From NCBI RefSeq assembly GCF_026151205.1, contig NC_087080.1, positions 4,938,797 to 5,002,796 on the forward strand: a DNA stretch of 64,000 bases. The letters are read 5' to 3'. Below, piece by piece: positions 57,811 to 64,000 of the stretch. The notes below the pieces were generated by a model. It did not search any database, had not been told where the DNA came from, and worked only from the letters and a program-made list of their open reading frames with translations. This stretch comes from Bolinopsis microptera. Lineage: Eukaryota. Within the stretch, counting starts at the first letter, position 1; each line of letters begins with the position of its first letter. Both the position numbers and the translations under genes were made by a program.

Positions 57811-58746
57811 TCCTTAGGTAAAGCTCATCGTTATTAAAATCCGAATGGATGAATTAATCAAGTAATGTTCCCTTTCAACACAACTAAACAACAAACAAAT
57901 GCTTGCTCACCAGTGGTGACGCAATCGTAGGGGCATGCAGTTATTTCGGATAACTCTCACCCCGACGACGGCGTCGAAAAATAATCAAATTATGCATCTG
58001 CGCCATACTGGACACATTTTATATTTAATATTCTACAGTTTGTAGAAATTAGTGTTATCTACAGTATAGCTTAACTGGCGAGCAAGCATCGTTTCACTCG
58101 GCCGGGACGAAAATACCGAGTCCAATCACAGAAAGTTAACCATAAACTAAAGATAAATATAAGAGCTCGGACATCGACAAAAATCACACACTCCAGACGA
58201 CGGGGGAAGAGATAGCTGCTGGCTAAAGGAAAGAAAGCTGCTGGCTCAACAAATTTTGATAATTGTAAACAAATTTGTTCTTGTGCCCTATAATAATTTG
58301 GTATTGAGGTATGACCCTGTACTGTGCGTGATGGTGAAAGTGAAAGTGAATGTGAATCTATAATGCAAACGAAGTGAGTTGTGGCCAAACGATTCTTCAA
58401 TTTTAAAATAACAAAGTCGAAGGACTCTGTTTTAAAACACAAGCTCATTCTTATCGAAGTTTAATTCTGTCCATTCTAATTCTCCGTACCTGGACTGTAT
58501 CTTGAGTAGCTCACTTTTCAGTGTTACTTTAACTAAGTTTGTTGACTTAGTAAAGCTTATCAAACTGTCAATTTTTCGACAGTCGTTCCACATTTTTGTT
58601 GATTGATAAATGAAAGAGGAGGATGGGTTCGGGGTGATGAACTGGTCTGAACGTCTTTGTGATGGTGATCTGTGGAGTAAAGATAGGAGTGAGATTGGAG
58701 ATTCTAATCTGACAATTTTGAACAGTTCTAATAGACATGTGTATTT

Positions 58747-59425
58747 TTACAGGTTGTGGACGGTAAGAATGCCGTTCTTGTTAAACAACGGCTTTGTTTG
58801 CTCTTTTTCAAAGAATTCCCTTCCTAGGATTTGTTCATCTATACAACGTGTTCTGGCACATGTTCTAAACTTATCTAGATATGCTTCAAGGTCACCAAAT
58901 AGTATTCTGATACATTTTTTCTGAGTGATGAAGATAGGTTGAAGCATATTGTTACTCGACCCACCCCATACCGATATTCCAAATCTTAGGTGAGACTCAA
59001 ATAACGTGTGGTACAATTCTTTATGGTGTTTTTTTAGGGATAACGTGTCGTATTCTACTGAGTCTTCCGATCTCACATCTAAGTTTCGAGTTGAGGGCTC
59101 TTATTTGAACATCCCATTTTAGCTTTTCGTCAATAATAACACCTATAAACTTGGTCTCTTTAACTTGCTTTATTACAGTATTATTCAGAGTTAGTATATA
59201 TTCTGATTCGTTATCTGCCTCATTATCAGTAGCTGTACGTGACGGCTTGAAGTGAATGTAGCAGCATTTCTTTATATTTATATGTAATAGGTTGCATTTC
59301 ATGTACTGGTGTAACAAATGGATACATACATCAGAATAAGTTTGAATTGATACACGTTGTAAACCCCTTTTCGCGTGCCTAAACGTGTACTCGTATTTTA
59401 CGTTTTGGAGGATTGGAAAAATCAT
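58747..59425 (-). mobile_element. 5'-truncated LINE fragment (RT C-terminal region, CR1/jockey-like tail)
   Basis: ORFs 59021-59425 and 58747-59076: ETKFIGVIIDEKLKWDVQIRALNSKL and HLRFGISVWGGSSNNMLQPIFITQKKCIRILFG. These are the typical YLGV-IDxKLxW and CxxVW...L..LQ.RaiR motifs of LINE RT tails. Confidence 0.55.
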
Positions 59426-59992
59426 GACATGATCAATCCATGAACTCTCAACGCATTGTCATGCTTCAATTTTTTCCTTTGATCTCTCCTCGATCCCCCA
59501 ATTTTTGGAAGCTTCACTCTACTCAGTGATCGTAATGCGTTCTGCCTTACTTCTCGAATATTTGATCTTTTTGTAGTAAGTCAAAGAAGAAATGCTGAGC
59601 TCAAGATCACTGATTGTACACGATAAAACTTGCCTGGATGCTCAATTGTCGTCCGATCCATTTAACTGATAATCGTTTTTAATAGTTGTTGCAAGTTGTT
59701 CATGATTAGATTAGATTAGATTAGATTAAGAATAATGACATAAACATCATCACTAGTTTTAAACATTCTTTCAAACACTCTTTCATGGTTGTTACAAATA
59801 CAGAAAAGGTCCCCAAAGGTCATTCAAATGATATTTACATACAATCAAATCAGGCTTTGCAATTGGCAGAGCAGGTAATACATACAATATGAACTCATGA
59901 TTTACGCCGTCACAGGGACAGTGATAATGTTGTACGAAACTTACAATAGAGGGCAGGATCCGAGAGTGCCCTATGTCATGACAATTTTACAA

Positions 59993-60240
59993 CAAGATGT
60001 GACAATATGAGCAGGGAATGACAGTGAACGACAGGGAACGACAGGGAATGACAAGGAATGACAAGGAATATTAATAATAATAATAAATTAATGTTATTTT
60101 TATACAGCACCAAAAGGTTAAATAATTTAAATTTAACCCTTATGCTCAGCTTTAAATGACAGGGAATGACACTAGGGATTGACAAGGAATGACAGGAAAT
60201 GACAAGGAATGAAAGGAAACGACAATACAAGACAAACCGT
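59993..60240. repeat. 10-bp minisatellite (gacagggaat / gacaaggaat)n in two blocks (59993-60066 and 60157-60240), with a (gatta)n microsatellite at 59693-59717
   Basis: Direct tandem repeats are visible in the sequence. Confidence 0.85.
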
Positions 60241-60469
60241 GGGTAGAGGGGCACTCTCGGTTCCTGCCCTTAGCAGGGCATCCGGCATTCTATACACAGT
60301 TTTTGAATCGATTTGAACGTTTTGCACACTTTTTAGTAAAAGTAAAAGTAAAAAAACACTGAATAGCAGATACTCCAGTAGCAAGGAGGAGTTGAGTGTG
60401 CACTTCGATGTCCACAGTTTTTTGCTGTTGAATCGGGTTAAATAGGTCATTGGTAACTCAAAAAATCGA

Positions 60470-61080
60470 GGGCCGCATGTTGTGTCGCTAGTCCCAACCC
60501 TGTGGAGCCACGCCCATATTTCATACCAGGTGCGTATATGGGAAATATTTATCTCAGCTTCTGAAGGGCTTAGAGACTTAAACTTGGGTTTAAAATGACC
60601 GCAATGCACATGTTTATATTGGTACTATGAAGGTCATGAAAGCCCAAAATGCTTATTTTTGGAAAAAATTCAGAAAAACCAATTTTCACTTGGGCGCGAG
60701 TAAAAAATTTACACCCTATAAATTAAGTGAAAATCGAGTAAGCAGTTCAGTGACTACAACATTTCTAAACACAGGATCCTCTGCTAGGTCATTCTAAATC
60801 GGAATTGGTAAAGTAAGCAAATTCTTTTAGTAGTTTTAACCCTATGGAGCCACGCCCATATTTCATATTATGTGCGAATATGGGAAATTTGTATCTCAGC
60901 TTCTGAAGGACTTAGAGACTCAAAAGTGGGCTTAAAATGACCGCAATGTACATGTTTATATTGGCACTATGAGGGTCATGAAGGCCCAAAATGCTTATTT
61001 TTTGGAAAAATTCAGTAAAACCGATTTTCACTTGGGGCGTGAGTAAAAATTTCGACTCTTAGAAGTTAAGTCAATTATAG
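60470..61080. repeat. Two adjacent copies of a ~360-bp repeat family (third copy at 63620-63990)
   Basis: ccctgtggagccacgcccatatttcat...gggaaatatttatctcagcttctgaagggcttagagact...aaaatgaccgcaatgcacatgtttatattgg...cccaaaatgcttatttttgg recurs at 60482, 60842 and, partially, 63760-63990. Confidence 0.7.
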
Positions 61081-61363
61081 CAACAATTTTTTTTACTGAA
61101 GAAAAGAATATTCAAACAATATACACATAATATAGCAATGGCCAATTGGCTGACTATAAGGTCATGGCCTGAACTAACAATTTTTTTAAATAGTCAAGTG
61201 ATGCTAAAGCAGAGCACAAATGTGTAATAAGTTAATAGATAAAAATACTGATTCAATGATTAAAATTATAGCTGTGAGTGTCAATAAATTACTGTGTCAT
61301 AAAAAAAGGAACGATGTACACGTGATCTGAGATACCAATATCTCAATATCAAAAGGATAGTGT

Positions 61364-62190
61364 CTAGAAACATTCATAGTTCATGGTGGCAGGTATCAAG
61401 TTAAACGAAGTTACACTGACTGGCAATGTATACGATTGCCGTCTCCCTCTCTCACCCCTGACCGCTATCAGGGTGCTCCTGAGGATTGAGAATCTAATCC
61501 TGGTGCGCATGTAACACATAATAGCCGCATAGTCTTCTCCTCTCTTCTGGGATAGTTTTTCAGCGAGTCTCTTGTGGTATCTTGTGGCTTGTGGACCCCA
61601 TCCGCCATTTGTTGAGTATATAAGTGGGGTAAAGGTGCCTTTTTCCACCTGGATGATTCTGTTGTTGTACTTTTTCATTTTCCTCATTTCATGAGCTTTA
61701 TAGATCTGTTCCATATCTTTTTTGTCATATGTGGGTGAGTTGGGGTGGGTAACACAGACATCAAAGAATGTTCGTTCAAATGTGCTCCAGAGACCTCGTG
61801 AGGATACATCAGGTGCAGCTCTATCAGCATTGGTACCAACAATTTCTTCATTATCAAGGGGTATCAATGCTGGCTCAGTCACTACATCTCTGCATACTTC
61901 ACGCTGCAGCTCTGCATTTAGATCGCGGATGTTGTTGTGTCTCATAGAAACATAGCCACCTTTCTTGCATATAAGTGTGTGATTCACATTATTTCTCTCT
62001 CCACAAGCACAGTGAAATGGGGTGTTAGGGATCTCCCAACCATAACGCAAGTACAGAGCATCACGGAACTCAATCTTGTTTAGGGAGTAGCCAAATCTCT
62101 TCAATGGAAGTGCAGTAAGCCAACATCCTGAACCTTTCTCTTTGATGAACTGGAGAGATCTCTTTAGGTTGGGATCTCTTACACTGTCCT
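61364..62190 (-). mobile_element. Fragment of the RLE-type LINE family (most intact copy of the CCHC plus PD-(D/E)xK-like C-terminal domain)
   Basis: ORF 61364-62104 carries CACGERNNVNHTLIC, MRHNNIRD, TEPALIP, AAPDVSSRGLW and FFDVCVTHP, then ...IYSTNGGWGPQATRYHKRLAEKLSQKRGEDYAAIMCYMRTRIRFSILRSTLIAVRGERG. It aligns along its length with the 21344 and 22119 ORFs. Confidence 0.55.
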
Positions 62191-63408
62191 TGTTAGATGG
62201 CCTCTAGTTGAACAATAAAACCCGTATTTGTCGTATGTACAAAACCTGTAAAACAAAATACTTTATTACATAATAGAATAACTTTAACTCAGCAAAGTAG
62301 ATTAGCTCCCTAAATTAGCTACAAACATATTATATACGCAGATATATTATTATGTTTACCTGCGACCACATTCTTTTGCAAATTAAAATGAAATATACAA
62401 ACTTAAAATAAAAACTGACGAGACGAAATAATATATACTCCTGACATTGCTCAGCAATTAACTCGTAAAAAACGACTAAAACACGATTCTACGAATCATG
62501 GAACTGAATTTACATACTGAATATTACTCTTATTTCTTATAAACAGACATAAATGACTCATTTCTAAATTTATTATCATAGAATCCGACAATAAAATGCG
62601 ATAAAAACTTAAAACACGACACAGAACATTCATTTGATTGCCTTCTTGTTTCTCAATCAAGATACTTTTCAAAATCTACTCTGAACAAAGGTTTTTATGT
62701 ATTGCTAGCTCTCTCGATCATTCCGTATTTCCAAGGTCAGCATCCTCAGATCCGGGAAACTCATCCTCTTGTCTTTGATCTCGTGAGAATGTGTTGAATG
62801 AACACTGAGCAACCATATGACCTGATTGGTGGCATATAAAACAACATACCTTAGTTGTCTATATCTTCTCCATCTCCTCTCCTGTATCCCTCAAAATCAT
62901 CTATTGCCTTAAAAAAAGACTGGGTACTGTCCTTCTTATACAGTTTGTCCAGTCCGGCAATGAGTTTAACAACTCCATCTTCTGCCCCTAGCACCTCTAA
63001 TGTCATGTTTATAGAGACCTCCTGTGGTCTACCTTTCATGTTCATAATCAGCTTACTAGTTTGCTGTTTCGTTGATGCTGCGGTGCCAAGCTGCCATATT
63101 AGCACTTTCTTCTTCCATGTGCTGTAGTCAGCGCTGTCGTCTAAAACTGGTATCTCACGAAGACTCGTGGTTATAGTACGACTAAACAAACTCTAAAACT
63201 GTCTCTCAATTAGTCTCTAAATTAGTCTCTAAATTGTAGTCTAAGTAACACACAAACAAAGTGCCACTGTCCGGTCATTGCGTAGAACGTTTTCCAACTT
63301 CCTGCTATCACTGTTAGATGGCCTCTAGTTGAACAATAAAACCCGTATTTGTCGTATGTACAAAACCTGTAAAACAAAATACTTTATTACATAATAGAAT
63401 AACTTTAC
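62191..63408. repeat. Pair of 97-bp perfect direct repeats (62191-62287 and 63312-63408) flanking ~1 kb that contains a possible gag-like ORF (62851-63189, minus)
   Basis: tgttagatggcctctagttgaacaataaaacccgtatttgtcgtatgtacaaaacctgtaaaacaaaatactttattacataatagaataacttta occurs twice, identically. Confidence 0.7.
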
Positions 63409-64000
63409 CACCAAATTAAACCAATTCCAAATAAATACCTAATAACTAAACATTATAAATACTTACCGATTGGACGGTAGTGTGCTGCCAATGTTCCACT
63501 CCTCCCCAGTCCAATTGGTTATCCTTCTTTGCTTGTCATTGCTAGAAAAGGTAAACACGGTTAGAAGTATTCTGTCACGAAAGAGAGAGAAAGGTGTGAA
63601 CAGTAATAACAGTCCTCTATTGATTTGCTTAGAAGTTAAGTGAAATCGAGTATGAAGTTCAGTGTCTGCAACGTTTCTATACACAGGATCCTTTGTAAGG
63701 TCATTCTGAATCAGAAATGATAAGGTACGCAAATTCTATTAGTAGTTTCAACCCTAGGGTGCAAAACTCCTAAATTACCTCCAGGCGCAAATATATGCCC
63801 TATATGACTTTTCTATCTCGGCTTCTGAATGTTGTAGGGGCCTCTCTTTGAGCTCAAAGTAACTACGATGGCCACATTTACATACCAACTGCATAGCTGC
63901 AACTGTAAAGAAACATAGGGTCTATACTCTATAGTGCTTAGTTTTTAAAAACTCATTAAAAACTGTTTTAACCTTCATGCATCATAAAATAGTAGTCATA

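Noticed and set aside
62191-63408. 97-bp direct repeats as LTRs of an LTR retrotransposon
   Set aside because: The repeats do not start with TG or end with CA. No tRNA-complementary PBS (TGG...) is adjacent to either copy in either orientation, and no polypurine tract is seen. They are kept only as an unexplained direct repeat.

Overview
This is eukaryotic (invertebrate-type) nuclear DNA: AT-rich, with spliced genes and a dense transposable-element island. I read it directly from the sequence and the six-frame ORF track; no database searches were run.

Three minus-strand protein-coding genes are reconstructed from ORFs plus GT/AG splice sites.

(a) A CREB3/OASIS-family membrane-bound bZIP transcription factor, with at least 10 coding exons between 3863 and 17319. 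It has an acidic N-terminus, a basic region [29 protein letters not shown], a leucine zipper, a TM helix and a luminal RTLL S1P-like site. Its introns carry a ~740-bp foldback palindrome and a 26-bp satellite.

(b) A small two-exon EF-hand protein at 38455-38868.

(c) An unidentified ~250-aa protein in six exons at 51831-53521, with a TATA box ~25 bp upstream of its ATG.

The rest is repeat and TE-derived:
- A decayed Penelope-like element with a permuted GIY-YIG-then-RT order (Naiad-like), 23.1-25.95 kb.
- A CR1/L2-like LINE (26-31.9 kb) whose ORF1 fuses an AlkB-like 2OG-Fe(II) dioxygenase domain to an SGNH esterase; a 5'-truncated RTE-like fragment is nested in it.
- Further RTE-like LINE copies.
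- Three fragments of a LINE family whose 3' end encodes a CCHC plus PD-(D/E)xK (R2-type RLE-like) domain and ends in poly(A).
- An internally deleted hAT element with perfect 18-bp TIRs and an 8-bp TSD.
- A ~9.1-kb higher-order satellite (366-bp dimer of two diverged ~183-bp monomers, ~25 copies).
- Three clusters of GC-rich, hairpin-forming modular repeats at 19.4-21.2, 36.5-37.6 and 55.6-57.8 kb.
- Several minisatellites and tandem duplications.

Most TE ORFs are frameshifted or truncated, i.e. pseudogenised copies.
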